Shown: piece after piece, positions 10,171-23,558 of the stretch
Layout: each line of letters starts with the position of its first letter
Numbering within the stretch: position 1 is the first letter of the stretch
Origin: Flectonema sp. DT1601
Lineage: Eukaryota
Direction of reading: 5' to 3'
Length of the DNA stretch: 64,000 bases
NCBI GenBank assembly: GCA_964019425.1
Contig: OZ025784.1
Span: 868,001-932,000, forward strand
The notes under the pieces: generated by a model
Told to the model about the DNA's origin: nothing
Seen by the model: the letters and a program-made list of their open reading frames with translations, nothing else
The model's database searches: none
Made by a program: the position numbers and the translations under genes

Positions 10171-11598
10171 ATGACATCCCGTCTTTTATATGCCGTAAGG
10201 CCATTCGTGTTGTTGTTGACTGGATGCATATTACTGAACAGTGTCCTACTACTGACTAACGATATTTCCACACCGATAATCAAACATACCGATAGTCGTC
10301 AACTCGTTGATAATTTTTTAAAAATTGAAAATGAAAATAAATGGGGCGGTAAAAAAGAATTTAAATTCCACGTCTACGACATTCCCGACAAATACATCTC
10401 TGGAGCTATTGAAAAATTAACTGAAAATTGGCATAAGAGCACCTGCAACAGAGATGTAAAAAGAAAGACGAACTACACTATGATGGATTGGAGACACGCT
10501 CATTCGTTATTCACGGTTGATATATTCATCGCAAAATATTTAAAATATCATCCACGACATACTTCAAATCCCGATGAGGCAGATGTTTTTATTATCCCGA
10601 CAATGACGCATCTCCTAAACTGCGCTGGAAAGATGCATTGGTTACCAAAAATTTTAAATTGGATCGAAACCCGACCAAATAAATATCATCGCAGATTCCA
10701 TTCTCATGATCATTTTATTTTTTGGTGGAGATGGGGAATGAACTACCGAGGAACTCAAGATTTTTTTTCTCACCTTTCGAATTCTTTTCCGAATATAAAT
10801 TACATCTCGTATGAATTCTTAGAACTGATGGGAAGAAATAAATTTCAAGATTTCTCTCTTTCATTAAAACCCAACTTCCATAAAACAATGATGGGTATTA
10901 TTATGCCATATCCTGACTTCTCACCTCACTTAGAGCATCCTGTCAAAGAAACCCAACAGAGAGATGTGTTCGCGTTCATGACTGGCACCAGTACGATTGG
11001 TGGAGTCAGACGATGGATTAAAAAAGAATTAGACGACAAGAACACCTCTACTCATCACACTCTGTATCTTGACTTTGCTTCTCACGTTGTTGATACCAAA
11101 CGATTAGGAGTTCCTGAAGCCTATCCTGAATGGTTTAAAAAATCTGTTTTTTGCATTCATGCAGCAGGTGATGGTTTAAGTGGAAGAAGACCGACAACAG
11201 CGATACTCGCAGGGTGTATTCCAGTTATGGTTTGTGATCTTTGTTTGTATCCTTATGAGAACATGTTGACGTACAGTGACTTTTCTGTATTCGTAAATGA
11301 GAATGACGTGATGGAAGGAAGACTGGTTGATATATTAAAAAATATTTCTAAAACTCAAATTGATCACATGCAGCGAAGTCTTCGAAAAGTCCGTCCTCAT
11401 TTCATCTATCCAACGAGTGGACCTCCTTCACCTGGTGATGCTCTTGATATGTTAGTGTCTCAGTTGTCAGACAGAGCTGATATTTTAAAATCATACAAAA
11501 GATGGTTTGTATCTCATCAGGAGCTGTCAACTGATGTGAGAGACTATCCGAGAGATCCTCCACTTGTAAATAAATATAAAATAGATTCTAATATATGA
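10171..11598 (+). CDS. Exostosin-family (GT47) glycosyltransferase, type II membrane protein
   Basis: N-terminal TM segment; FHVYDIP, T-NPDEADVFIIP, SVFCIHAAGDG...R...AILAGCIPV, PYE. Confidence 0.9.
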   Translation: MTSRLLYAVRPFVLLLTGCILLNSVLLLTNDISTPIIKHTDSRQLVDNFLKIENENKWGGKKEFKFHVYDIPDKYISGAIEKLTENWHKSTCNRDVKRKTNYTMMDWRHAHSLFTVDIFIAKYLKYHPRHTSNPDEADVFIIPTMTHLLNCAGKMHWLPKILNWIETRPNKYHRRFHSHDHFIFWWRWGMNYRGTQDFFSHLSNSFPNINYISYEFLELMGRNKFQDFSLSLKPNFHKTMMGIIMPYPDFSPHLEHPVKETQQRDVFAFMTGTSTIGGVRRWIKKELDDKNTSTHHTLYLDFASHVVDTKRLGVPEAYPEWFKKSVFCIHAAGDGLSGRRPTTAILAGCIPVMVCDLCLYPYENMLTYSDFSVFVNENDVMEGRLVDILKNISKTQIDHMQRSLRKVRPHFIYPTSGPPSPGDALDMLVSQLSDRADILKSYKRWFVSHQELSTDVRDYPRDPPLVNKYKIDSNI

Positions 11599-11707
11599 TG
11601 AACTCCTTTTGGATGATTACTCAGCTGTCAAGCAGTCAGAAATTATTCTTTTTTTGTTTTGTTTCGTAAATTCGACTAATTAGTTGTTTCTAAAATAACA
11701 TGAAAAT

Positions 11708-11898
11708 AACTGGAATAACAAGGGACCGATTCTCTCGGTCATTTTTGTTGGTTCTTAACCCGAGAAGGAATAATTTAAGGTAAGGCTCCAAAACTGACAC
11801 TCGTGCCAGCGAGGACCTTTCCCCAGCGGGATCAATAGGGACTGCCGGGGTCGTGCGTACTCCCACGTCAGAGGTGAAATTCTTAGATCGTATTGACT
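11708..11898 (+). pseudogene. SSU (18S) rDNA fragment, V4-V5 region
   Basis: ggaataac...tttgttggtt...aatagggac...gtcagaggtgaaattcttagat conserved 18S blocks; isolated fragment. Confidence 0.7.
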
Positions 11899-11938
11899 TA
11901 CCCTTTGAGATACCATTGTAAGTCAAGTTTTTGTGGAG

Positions 11939-11985
<47 letters not shown>

Positions 11986-12591
11986 GGATAAAACCACTTC
12001 AGGTTTGAAAGAAATGCCAGTTTTATTTATTATATCAAAAGTGTTAATTTCAATCTCCCAGTAATACTGTTGGAGGTTTACACTAAATATTTATATATGA
12101 AACTGGTTAGTCTGAATCGTTTTTTTTTAAAAGTTCGGCGTGTTTATGTGCAATTTAAAAACTTTTCTTTTTTTTTTTCTTTCATTAGTCGAGTCGTTCA
12201 TTTTTATTTTCGTTGATCGACAACTCCCTCGTTTCTTTACAACGATTACGGTAACCTAATGCCTGACAAAATCCCGCCAATAGAAATGATATTCAAAAAA
12301 AAAAAAAAAAAAAAAAAAAGGAAAATCATATTCAAAATATACGTAACCGTTCACACAATTCTGAAAAAAAACAAACAAACAATTCTCACCCTTCCCCTAG
12401 CAGGATGAGTTCATAAAAATAGGACATAAGCTGACTTCGAAAAAGAAGAGAGTTTCATGCTTGTTTCGTATGTGTGAGAAGGAAACTTTCAACAAGGTTC
12501 ATTCATTTTGGCTCGGAGGGGGAACTTAATTTTATTTGTTTTTATGTTTTCATTATATTTATCAAACTTCCCCCCTCTTCAGTTTTTCATA

Positions 12592-14623
12592 ATGGCCCAA
12601 AGGCTGATGAGGATAACGTTTGCTGCTATACCGATGATGATAATACTCTCACTGTTAGCTGCATACTTTATTATTATTGAAAAGGATGTCAGATTGTTAC
12701 TATCAGTTCAGGTTGTCGGAAAGAATACTGTTCAGAAGAAGAGTAGGAATTCTAAAAGACGAAATGACAACTTCATCGCAACAGTAACATCAGCATCAAG
12801 ACACGGACGTGTGATTGCTACGATTGCGAACTGCAGAGCACAACGGATGCTTGACAGCTGGTTGTATAACGTAAGGAAGTCTATTAGTACTACGAATAAC
12901 GATTCTCCTTCAACCGGAATCTTCATTGGAACACAAGGGAGTGGATTACCAAGTTGGTGTCAAAGTAATAATGTTGATTGTTCTGACGTGGTTCAATTAT
13001 GTCCTTGGCTTTCTACAAAAAGATCGACAGGTCACAAAGTAACATTATCGGTAATGCATTGCAAACCTGTCATGATGAATCGTATCTTACAGTCGGGTGT
13101 GAAATTGTTTTATTTATTTATTTTTATTTGGGGAAAAACTCCAATTCCGCACAAAGTTTTTCAAGATTCCACAAAAGGTCCTCCGAACGGAGGGAACACG
13201 CATCCGATGATAAAACCAGAACAGAATATCTGGTGGAAAGAACGACCAGAAGCACCTTAAAAATGCTCCCGTGTCATGTCGGCGTTAACCGACTCCAGTT
13301 CTCTGAACAAGACCAGGTCACCGAAGACCGTCCTCCTTACAAGATCCAGTCCTCTCTCTCACTGTGCCTGTTATCCCCGCATCTCGAAAGGTCTTGAGAT
13401 CTATCCGAGCTTGCTTTGGTTCGTTCGTAGTTCGCGCAACTGGCTACGTTGCCTTTCAGTTTTAGAGCTATCTATTCTGCTGATCCATCAGATCCTCGAT
13501 GGTCCAGTGCGCAGCTGTGCTCAATCATTTTGGTGATCAGAAACTCATCCTCAACCTGCTGGATCTTGTTGTCCGCTGCACAGTTGAGATTTACCCGAGT
13601 CTTGTCCTTCCTGGTCGTGCGAAATGTCCTTGAAGTTTGTGGGGGAATTAGAGGGGGGTTATTCCTTTTTGATTTTATTAATTAATAATTTATTTTTTTA
13701 AATTTAAATTTAAAAACGAACCCTCCACAGGTATCGCTCTCATACTTCTCGACACCGACGTTATTGCTCTACGAAATCCATGGCAACACTTCCTTTCATT
13801 GAATTCTAATTTAGCCATGATGTGTGGTGAGAGACCAACAGTTGAGCCATGTTTTGATGTCTGGCCTAATACAGGTGTGGTAGCTATGATGCCACATGTT
13901 GCTGTGATGAAGTTCACACAGAAATGGGCTGACGAACTAATTTGGTGGAATAAAGAATTAGAAAGGAAAGAGATGACCCGACGACCACATTTATCTGGTC
14001 GAGTTTCTCTTCGAATTTGGCAACTGGGAAAGCGGCTGAAAGGATTTGGTTTGAAGAACAAGGAGATGCGAATGAGTGTATCTCGTGAGATCATTATGAA
14101 ATTCGACTCTGGGGATATGACTCTCGGTCTTCTAATTAAATCACTTTTAGTTGTTTGTAAGAACCACAAAACCAGAAGCGACGCAACCGGAAGCTATGAA
14201 ATAATTTGTCACGGAGGGAAGTCCCTGATCGGAGAGATCCGCGAACTTGATTGGGAACAGAGGGAGGAGATCGGAATTCCTGATTACATTCAAAAGATTT
14301 CTTCTATTCGAAATGATGGTTTCGTCGACTCTCACACAACTGATCAGGAAATAGCTAGAGAATTGCTTCACTTTCCGGAACACACTCCTCGTAATATTAA
14401 TTTTCATTGTGTTGGTTCTCCGAACTGGGTATTCCCTCGAAACATCTCTTCCAATATGACGGCAACTCTGGCGTCAGCGCATCTGATTCACGTGACTGGA
14501 AAATTTAGAAATCAAGCATTATCACAAGGTAATATGATTAATAAATTAAAAACAATGGAACTGCTCGGAGTAGTTCCACAGTCAGCTCAAAGAGAACAAA
14601 ACTGTGAACCCGATTCCAGTTAG
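12592..14623 (+). CDS. Nucleotide-diphospho-sugar transferase (GT77-like), two exons: 12592-13096 and 13731-14623
   Basis: A GT-AG intron at 13097-13730 joins ...RILQSG|IALILLDTDVIALRNPW in frame (DxD motif). Also N-terminal TM, NTGV, DQE and HVTG. Confidence 0.75.
13107..13640 (-). mobile_element. Degraded LINE 3' fragment inside the GT77 intron
   Basis: The minus strand gives AQLRTG(P)S and LDLVRRTVFG, resembling non-LTR C-termini, and ends in (taaa)n. The end resembles ~16100-16160. Confidence 0.45.
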
Positions 14624-15001
14624 AGTGTGGATTCTATTTTTATGTCATCTTTTCTTGGTTTTTACATTCAGATATTTCTTTAAAGATATATTTTCAGAAA
14701 ACATTGGATTCTGTCTACCAGCATTAAGACCTGAAGAGCTACTCGATTCTCTTATTCTCTTTGACTCAACTGGAGCTCTCTGATCAAGTAATCGTGTTAT
14801 GTTACAAAGTGATTAAGTGCTACAGCCCTGCTGCGGTGCCAACAGCAAAAGGAAGAGATTACGGAAGACACCAACAGAACAAAACACTGTGAACCTGATG
14901 AAATTATCAGCTGTTGGTGTAGTATTGACGAGTCTCTTTTTCAAGTCAGCGCGCATAGCATGAATTAACAAAAGATAACTTTGTTGGTCACTATAGATTG
15001 C

Positions 15002-15032
<31 letters not shown>

Positions 15033-15409
15033 ATTATTTTTGTACTACTATTTGAAAATCATTAATGAGCCGACTCACCAGGTTTTAGATAGAGTCAAAG
15101 TTTCCAAACAGTGTTTTTGTTCTTAACAAACAGAGGCACCTGCTGGTTTCAGTTTTTCACTCGATTATAGTTCCCGTGTTGAGCTAATGCAGATTTAATA
15201 ATCAAATTGTTTTTTTTTGACGAGAGGTATACTCCGTCGAATAAGAACTACACTCTTCTTCTCTCTCCCTCTCTCTTCCTCTCTCTCTTCCTCTCCCGTG
15301 AATTCGCTAAGCTAACTCAATAATCTTTACTGAGTCTTCGGATATGGCTACGGATTGCTGTCCTCTGTTACTGTAACTCAACCATTGCTAGCAACAACTT
15401 CGAATAGAT

Positions 15410-15560
15410 GGTCATGATGATTATTGCAATGTGTTTAACTAGAGTGGACTATGTACATGGTAATCTTGGTGCTGCGATGGTTGGGTTCAAATAGTAAGTG
15501 TTCTTTTCTTGTTAAGGCAGACAAGGAATCTCAATGCGGAAGGTACGGGGGATGGTGATT
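15410..15560 (+). pseudogene. Fragment of the DOMON-b561 gene (b561 region)
   Basis: Near-identical to ~21715-21860. Confidence 0.8.
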
Positions 15561-17944
15561 AGGGATAGACGCTATCGATAGGATGCTTTTTTTTTCGAAT
15601 TTCGATAAAAATAACCTTTCGGGGGCAAAATATACCCAACGACTCCATCGGAAACCCCCAAAAATGTGATTCTGGCTGAAAAACCTGGTTTCTCATAAAT
15701 ACCGACCCCTGTGTTCTTGTCATTTATTTGCTAAGGTGAAAGATTTCTTAGAAAACGAGTCTCAGACTTCTTTAATAATCGAATGTTTATTTTATTTTTA
15801 TTTTTTATTTTTTTTGCATCCATACTTTTTTTTGTATGGAAGGAAATATAATTGACTCAATAGAACACAGTTCACAATTCCGTTCTCCATGTTTTTTGCT
15901 CTCATTTCCTTTTCTCTGGTTGTGTCGCTGAAACTAAACCAAACTGTGATTATATACCTCAATACCAAATGGGTTTATCGACAGCCCAGGCATAGCCAAT
16001 CGATAAACATATCAGCCTTCAATATTTAATATTTATTTCATGTTACCTCTCCAGACAACTGAGCGGCATTCAGTTACCATGCTTGACAATCCCGAGACAG
16101 TTTTTTTTTTCTTTTTTTTTTTTGGGAAAACTCCTAATCCGAACACAAAAGTTTCCGAAACCGCCAACTCTATATAAAATATTTTTTTGTCCCGTGAGAA
16201 ACAATCCCTCAATGAGAGAATTATAAAACTTATCCTGTCTCACTTCTTCCCCTATTCTCCTTAAATTTTCTCTTGAGGGCAGGCCTTCCGGCTGTTCAAG
16301 TGGTCTTTGAACACCGCTCTAGTTATATGCTCGACTCTTTTGTTTTCCTTATCGATGGTAGGAATGGTAGGAATGGTAACCGAATTAGCTTCGTGTGTCC
16401 AATTTTAAGGACGCGTGACCATTTATTTTTCCGTTACCGTTCTTCTGACGTCCTCAGGCGGAGCCTACCAAATGTTTCCCGTGTTTTCCAATTGTCAGAC
16501 TTAAATCAAGAGAAAGTATAAAAGAAAGACAAACATAGAAGTGAAAAGAACAAAAAACAAAGAGTCTGGAAGCACAGACGAGTGTGAGATAACTTGAACA
16601 AGAGGTTTTGTGTCGTCAGGTACGTACTGTTGCTGTGGCGAAGGTTATTATGGCAAAGGTGGTGGAGTTACAATTCTGTGCCCCGATGGATCAGCACTTT
16701 GGCACACGAAGATTGATTTTCCGATCATAAACAACAAGCCCTCCTTTGAATCACACCACATTCGTTCGGTCAGGGTACGTCTTTGGGCCAATTAAGTTCC
16801 AGAGTGTCTGCCCCATACATCCCCTCTATCTCTTCCGTCCGGCTTCATCCTGGAAGTCATTATTCCATACAACGGTTGATGTTGTTTGGGCCACCATATT
16901 GTCAACGAGGTGCTTACGTCCCTTCAGCGGGTGCTTGTACAGCTGTTTCCAATGTAGGGGTAGTTGGTGCCACTAGTAACACCCACCTCCATAGAGACCA
17001 CCTTAAACTATGTGCGGGTTTGAGGCAATGATGTTGACAATACAAGCTAGTTGTGCTTCAAATATTGGCAGGCGGTCAAGAGACACGTGGTGCAAGAAAA
17101 AAAAGAAAAAAAAAAAAAAAAGATTTTTTAACCACAGGCCACGAGGCACTTTTTTTGTATAGAGTTGGCGGTTTAGGAAACTTTTGTGTCTGGATTAGAG
17201 GTTTTCCCTTCTTTTTTTATTCCGTATCTGGGTATAGACACCAGTGTTTGCTCCTTATTGCGGCACCACGCTGGGGATGGGACTGTGTGAAAACTTGATA
17301 TCCTTGTTGTTCCGGCTGGCATGTTAACTGTTCTACCCAAACATAGAATCCGGGTTCCCCAATTAAGGTCCTGATGCGACTGCGAAAAAGCAAAAACATT
17401 CTGTGTGTGTTCGTAAAGGATTTTTCTGATTTCCGACTAGCAGCGCCAAGCCCAATGCAAGTGATTCTTTAACCTCCAATTATACTTCGACAACGTCTTC
17501 TGGTCAGTAAGACAAGAATTATAGTTTTCTCTTTTTATGTTTACTTTTTTCTAAACGTAGTTTTCTTTGATTAACAACTACAAATATTTTCAGTCAAGTA
17601 CTTGATATTAATTTTGTTTTTAATACCCTAAAGTTGTTACTGTTTTTACATTGTCAAAGTTTCACCCCAGTTAGCCTTCACCCCCTCAGAAATTACCGGA
17701 CAAGATCAAAGGCTTAATTATATTTTTCTGTTGACTATTTCTTTTTTTTTGAATTTAACAAAGTATTGTAAGAACGAAAAAGAATGTTGGGGAGCACACG
17801 TAAACCTCCTTTAGCTTTATCAATTTAAGTCGATTCACGAGTTTCGTGACACAAGCTACACACTTGTTCTGTGTTGGTTAAGATTAAGCCAATTCTACAA
17901 GTCCAGCCATTTCAATTACTCACATTCTTAACAACGACCTCTGC

Positions 17945-18460
17945 AAAGAATGTCTTGTCAAACAATGTGGTTATTGGATACGTTGATGGCACAGCAATAT
18001 GAATTCCTTTTTGACCAATTTTTTTTGTAGTACTTTTCTGAAGCTTTTCAGGCGTACTGGGTTCCTTTGGCAGTTATTATTAAGGTTCTTGGACCTTTTG
18101 TGTGTAAAGGAGGGATTACGGGTAGACGCTTTCGATAAGGTGCTCTTTTTCGAATTTAGGTAAAAATAACCTTTCTGAGGGCAAAATATACCCAACGACT
18201 CCATCGGAACCCCAAAAAATGTGATTCTGGCTGAAAAACCTGGTATTCTCATAAGAAATGCCGACGACCCCACGTTCTGTTTGGCATTTCAGTTGTGGTA
18301 ATTTCAATCGCTCAAATGGCGACTGGAGTTGAAAATATTAATCGTCTATTCACAAATGACTCGGAGGGGGTTAAGATTGCGATGATCGTTGGAGTGGTCA
18401 CCATTGGTGTTATTTATATTATTGGGAAAATCTACGTCGCTGTTACGAAAAAAAGATGAG
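17945..18460 (+). pseudogene. Rearranged DOMON-b561 3' fragments including the native C-terminal tail
   Basis: Matches ~21480-21670 in pieces and ~21995-22180. The block ~17725-18050 is duplicated at ~18665-19010. Confidence 0.75.
18120..18270 (+). mobile_element. ~150 bp MITE-like insertion with imperfect GGG...CCC termini
   Basis: Termini gggtagacg...cgacgaccc. Copies at ~15560-15710, ~21863-21994 and ~28800-28950, all in the b561 3' region; absent from copy 1. Confidence 0.55.
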
Positions 18461-19097
18461 CTTGATGAAATTATCAGCTGCGGGTGTAGTATTGATGAGT
18501 GTTTTTTTCAAGTCAGCTTTCTTGTCATTTATTTGTTCGGATGAATATTTTCTTAATAAACGAGTCTTAGAATTCTCTAATCTTCGAAACGTTTATTTTT
18601 TTTTCACCCCCGCCTAAACATAAAAAATTAAATCTTTTTAATGCAAGTCAATAGCAAAATTATTTTGTTGTTGACTATTTCTTTTTTTTTTGCATTTAAC
18701 AAAGTATTGTAAGAACGAAAAAGAATGTTGGGCAGCACACGTAAACCTCCTTTAGCTTTATCAATTTAAGTCGATTCACGAGTTTCGTGACACAAGCTAC
18801 ACACTTGTTCTGTGTTGGTTAAGATTAAGCCAATTCTACAAGTCCAGCCATTTCAATTACTCACATTCTTAACAACGACCTCTGCAAAGAATGTCTTGTC
18901 AAACAATGTGGTTATTGGATACGTTGATGGCACAGCAATATGGGCGTACTGGAGTTCCTTTTTGACCAATCTTTTTTGTAGTACTTTTCTGAAGCTTTTC
19001 AGTAAGCCCACAGTACAATTATAATGCTTTTTTTTTTTTTTTTTTTTTTTTTTGATGATTGATATTTATAAATACTAACGAACTAAAATATAAACAA

Positions 19098-19216
19098 GGC
19101 CTGACACCGCAGTGTCCCCCTTGCTTTCTTCGCTGAAGAGGGCTGGGTAAGGGGAATGGTCAGAAGAAAGATTGTTTTTAATCTTAGCCCGAAACCAACT
19201 TGTTTGTTGTCCTACG
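19098..19216 (+). ncRNA. Hammerhead ribozyme, non-circularly permuted (family B copy; mismatch at the first stem I pair)
   Basis: ctttcttcg-CTGAAGA-gggct...tgGTC-agaagaaag...agccc-GAAA-cca. Confidence 0.6.
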
Positions 19217-19864
19217 AAAATTTGCCTTTTTTTTGATTGACTGATAATTATTAATACTAACTACCTAAGTATATATAAAAGACTATGAGAAACACACCAA
19301 CGTTAATCATTCGATTATTTTGACTTTATAACAAAATCAAATTCTAACTAAAATATATATATATGTAAAGGATATCGTCTGAATGGTTTTCTTTTCTTGA
19401 AAATCCTACTTTTTTTGTTTTTCTATTACTGAAAAATAAATAATACCAAATCATCAAAACCTTCCCTTTGAAAAGAGTTCTGTTGGAGATGGTTTTTATG
19501 TGTTAGAACAGCGTGAGCTACTAAATATAGTGAACCCAACCCAACCCATCCCATCCCAGCCCCTCTTTGCTTTGTTCGCCGGTAGGTCTGCTAACGTTAA
19601 TATTTTTTGTTTTTTTAATTTTTTTTTAAGTACAATTATATTATTATTATTATTATTATTATCATCATACTTGTACCCCTTTAAAGGGGGCAAAATAAAG
19701 GGGAATTAATTAAAAGCCCTTTAATATTAAAAGCCCTTTATTTCTGCTTTAATTTTTAATTCCCCTTCAAAGGGGTACAAGTATGTATTATTATAAAAAA
19801 AAAAACTCACGTTCTAACTATTATGAACCATTGGATTTAATGGTCTCTTTTATTATTATTTATT

Positions 19865-20622
19865 TATTTTAAAAAATCTTTTTTTTTTGATTTTTCAGTG
19901 GACAACAATCTTATAATAAAATACATATTCTAACTAACAAAAACTTTTGGTTGGAATTATTTGTTTAAAATTGATGTTCTGTTCCTCTCCTTTTTTTTTT
20001 TATTCCTTTCCTTAATTATTTCTTTATAATTACACCTTCCAACCCTATGTTCTTTAGTTTGCTGTATCAGCAATGCAATGTATTGGACTTCCTTATCTAT
20101 CTATCTATCAACATAACCAGATGGTATGCGAAGATATCAATGAAAACGCAAAAATAAGATAGATGAACGACCTCGACTAATAACTCGATCGTCAGACAGG
20201 TCGAAGATAAGAATTTTAAAATTTGATCAAAAAAAAAAAAAAAACATTGCTAGCCCCATATCCTGGCGTAGCTCCGATGATTTTCTGTCTTGGAACGACG
20301 CTTAGATGTTAGGAAACTGCAGAATACTTTTATTTTTTATACTTATCTCCCGTTACGGATTGTGTCTTCTGTTGTTGTGAGTTACCCTCTTAGACTACTC
20401 ATAATATGCAGTAACGTTTTGGGTTAAAAAAACTAACTTTGATTAACCATTAATACTGACTAAATCTGAATTACTATCAAATGAATAATTTTCTATTTCC
20501 CATCCTCACTAGTTACACAGACACCCCCCTTCATGGATGATTAATCACTTTCGGTAGGACAGATTCCTATAAAAGTCATTTTACAATAATTCACACTTAA
20601 ACTCAACAGTTAAATATAAACC
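19865..20622 (+). repeat. Segmental duplication of window positions ~1-746
   Basis: Colinear high identity to the upstream region of the first DOMON gene. Confidence 0.9.
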
Positions 20623-21864
20623 ATGAGAGTACTCAGTCTCTTTATATTGTTATCCTTATTGGGTGTTGGTAGTTCACAATGCACGGCTTCGACTCTGATT
20701 GTGACGGGAAGCACGACTTACGACTGCATGATGAATTTATCACCGGAAGTAACCCTCCACTGGGATCTTGAAACGAGCGGGACTGCTGCTGTTGCGGCGA
20801 CGACGACATCGGTCAACGGATGGTTTTCAGTGTCGTTTCCTGATACTTTGGGTTCGATGATCCCAGCAATCGGTGTCTCATCTTCTGGTGAGACTACTGC
20901 TGACATCTACTCGATAACTGAGAGGACAGCAGGTGGAATCACTCTGACGACGGAAACGAACATCGACTCCCCGACGACGGAGATTGTGGACGGGATGTGC
21001 ATTCTGAGATTCAACGTCGCTGATTCTTTTCTGACGGCTGCCATGCCAGTGAACTTCGCTTTCCACTCATCTGAGATGGGATTTCCCGCGAACATCCATA
21101 CTAAGGTAGGAAGTGTGGTTGTGGATTTCGTGGAACCAACTTTTGTAGTTATGCCACCGAGTGAGCCTGTAGTTAGGCCACCAGCTGCACCTCTTCCGCC
21201 ACCAGCTGACGACACAATTAACTTTGAAGTAGTCGCAGAATTGAGTGATCTGGTTAGTCAGGTTGATACGTTGGTAGCTGCCGCTTCCACAGCGATAGGT
21301 GAAAGTGCTCGTTGTGATAAATTCTGTCGGGGTAATAATTGTTTTAATTGTGATGGCACTGCTGCTACTCAAAGATCTGTTCCTACACTAGTCAGAGCAA
21401 ATTGGAGAGTGATTTTGATTATTCTCAGCGATGCAAATGAAAACACTCCGCAAGCAGCTGTCGATAATTCTTTGAAGAAATTCTTGTCAAACAATGCGGT
21501 TATTGGATACGTTGATGGAAGTGCTGTTGTTGTTGTTGCGAATAGTATCAACCAACACCAAGACTTTGATAATGCTCACACTCAAGAGAAATTCATGATG
21601 GCAATTTGGTTATACTGGGTTCCTTTGGCAGTTATTATTAAGGTTCTTGGACCTTTTGTGTTTAAGGGAGTAGTGTTTGGGTATGCGATCCCATTAGTAA
21701 TCCATATGTTAATGATGTTCACAGCAATGTGTTTAACTAGAGTGGACTATGTACATGGTAATCTTGGTGCTGCGATATTAATGATTGGTTGGGTTCAAAT
21801 AGTAAGTGTTCTTTTCTTGTTAAGGCAGACAAGGAATCTCAATGCGGAAGGTACGGGGGATTAG
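20623..21864 (+). CDS. Single-DOMON membrane protein with degenerate b561 domain; remaining tail at ~21995-22200
   Basis: Paralog of 747-3314. HG is changed to QE, 13 aa are deleted (CLT|RVDY), and a frameshift and MITE-like insertion lie before the last helices. Confidence 0.65.
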   Translation: MRVLSLFILLSLLGVGSSQCTASTLIVTGSTTYDCMMNLSPEVTLHWDLETSGTAAVAATTTSVNGWFSVSFPDTLGSMIPAIGVSSSGETTADIYSITERTAGGITLTTETNIDSPTTEIVDGMCILRFNVADSFLTAAMPVNFAFHSSEMGFPANIHTKVGSVVVDFVEPTFVVMPPSEPVVRPPAAPLPPPADDTINFEVVAELSDLVSQVDTLVAAASTAIGESARCDKFCRGNNCFNCDGTAATQRSVPTLVRANWRVILIILSDANENTPQAAVDNSLKKFLSNNAVIGYVDGSAVVVVANSINQHQDFDNAHTQEKFMMAIWLYWVPLAVIIKVLGPFVFKGVVFGYAIPLVIHMLMMFTAMCLTRVDYVHGNLGAAILMIGWVQIVSVLFLLRQTRNLNAEGTGD

Positions 21865-23558
21865 GTACTTTTTTTCGAAATTCGAAAAATAACCTTTCCT
21901 GGGTGCATAATATACCCAACGACTCCATTGGAACCCCCGGAAATGTGATTCTGGCTGAAAAACCTAGTATTCTCATAAGAACTGCCGACGACCCCACGTT
22001 CTGTTTGGTATTTCGGTTGTGGTAATTTCAATCGCTCAAATGGCGACTGGAGTTGAAAATATTAATCGTCTATTCACAAATGACTCGGAGGGGGTTAAGA
22101 TTGCGATGATCGTTGGAGTGGTCACCATGGGTGTTATTTATGTTATTAGGAAAATCTACGTCGCTGTTACGAAAAAGGAGGAGATTTCAATTGTGGAAGT
22201 GTGGTGTAGTATTGACCATTATCATGAATTAGCCCAAATCTATTTTTTTTTTTTTTTTTTTCCCCCTTCTTTTGCGACCTGCGAAAAAGCAAAAAGGCGT
22301 TGTGTGTGTGTTCGAAAAGGGGTTTTCTGGTAAGGGCGCCAAGCCTTATACAAGTGAATTATTTAATCCTATCATACCTAACCCCCTAGAAGATCTACTG
22401 ATCGAGATTAAAAAGGGCTCAATTATATTTTCTTTTTAACGAGTCTCTTGGGCCATGGGATGTGTATTCCCAATCAGATGTTGCCGACTTTTGTGCTTTT
22501 TATTTTGGGCTAATGGGACTTGGCATTTTTTTTCTTTCTTTGTCATTTTTTTAAACTCTACCTCTTCCCGGCAGTGTGTATCCTCAGAGCCTTCACATCG
22601 TGTAGAATGAGCTGCACAATGTCCCATCAGTGTTGTTGTTTCTGACATCGGAAAAAACATTTTATGTATAATAGATTCTTTTACGTACCTTCGATGATGA
22701 GGTGTTCTATAGCATTCTCACAGGACTGCAGATGGAGTCGTGATGGTGCTTTTTGTTTTTAGCCAAACAAAAGCACTCTAGTAGTAGTTAGTTTTACGTT
22801 TTCGTTTTAGTTCTCATGTGTGTATGAGTTGTAGTTTGGCGACTAATATTTCGACGAGGGATCCACCTCGTTAAGTAAGTCTTCTCTCTCTTTAGCTCTC
22901 TCTTCCTCTCTCTTCTCTCGATTTATTTATCTTATGGCAGCATACTTAGCCTATATCAATTCTGGCCTATGGCTTTGATGATTTCATTAGGAATATTTCT
23001 TTTTTTTTTTTTGCATTTAACAAAGTATTATAAGAACGAAAAAAAAGAACGGTTTTCGTGACACAAACAAAATAAAAAATCACAGTTGTTATATTATTAT
23101 TTTCTGTATAGTTGAAGATAAAGCCAATTCTTTTTTTTTTTTTTTTTTTTTTTTGTGTTTAATATTGATATGGTGATTATTTTGTGTGTGTAGAGCTTCG
23201 CGGGGGGGTTTCTTTTTTTGCACCGACGAAGTCGGAGAAAAACCTATTCAGATTAAGCTGTTTATGCATCATCTCGAAGACATGTTTTACAAGCGAAAAG
23301 AGAATTGTAGCAGCGTATCGTTATCACCCTTTACTTAAAAGGTTATAGGCTTGTTTCTGGTTACGTTTTCGTGTCGTGTTTATCTATTTCCCTTGTGCGC
23401 CAGTAATACTCTGTTTGATCAACGAGATATGTTTAAGGCTGCTGTTGTCTGAGTAGTTCTCTTTTTTCCCCTCCCTGAATTTTATAGCAATGCAACGGAG
23501 GGCTTTGTGTGTTTAATTAGAAGTTTAAAAAAAAAAGTTTTAATTTGTTACAAAACAA

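Noticed and set aside
16100..17100. Minus-strand degraded LINE
   Set aside because: Its end resembles the intronic fragment at ~13130, but no clear RT or RNase H motifs could be read, so it is not listed as a feature.
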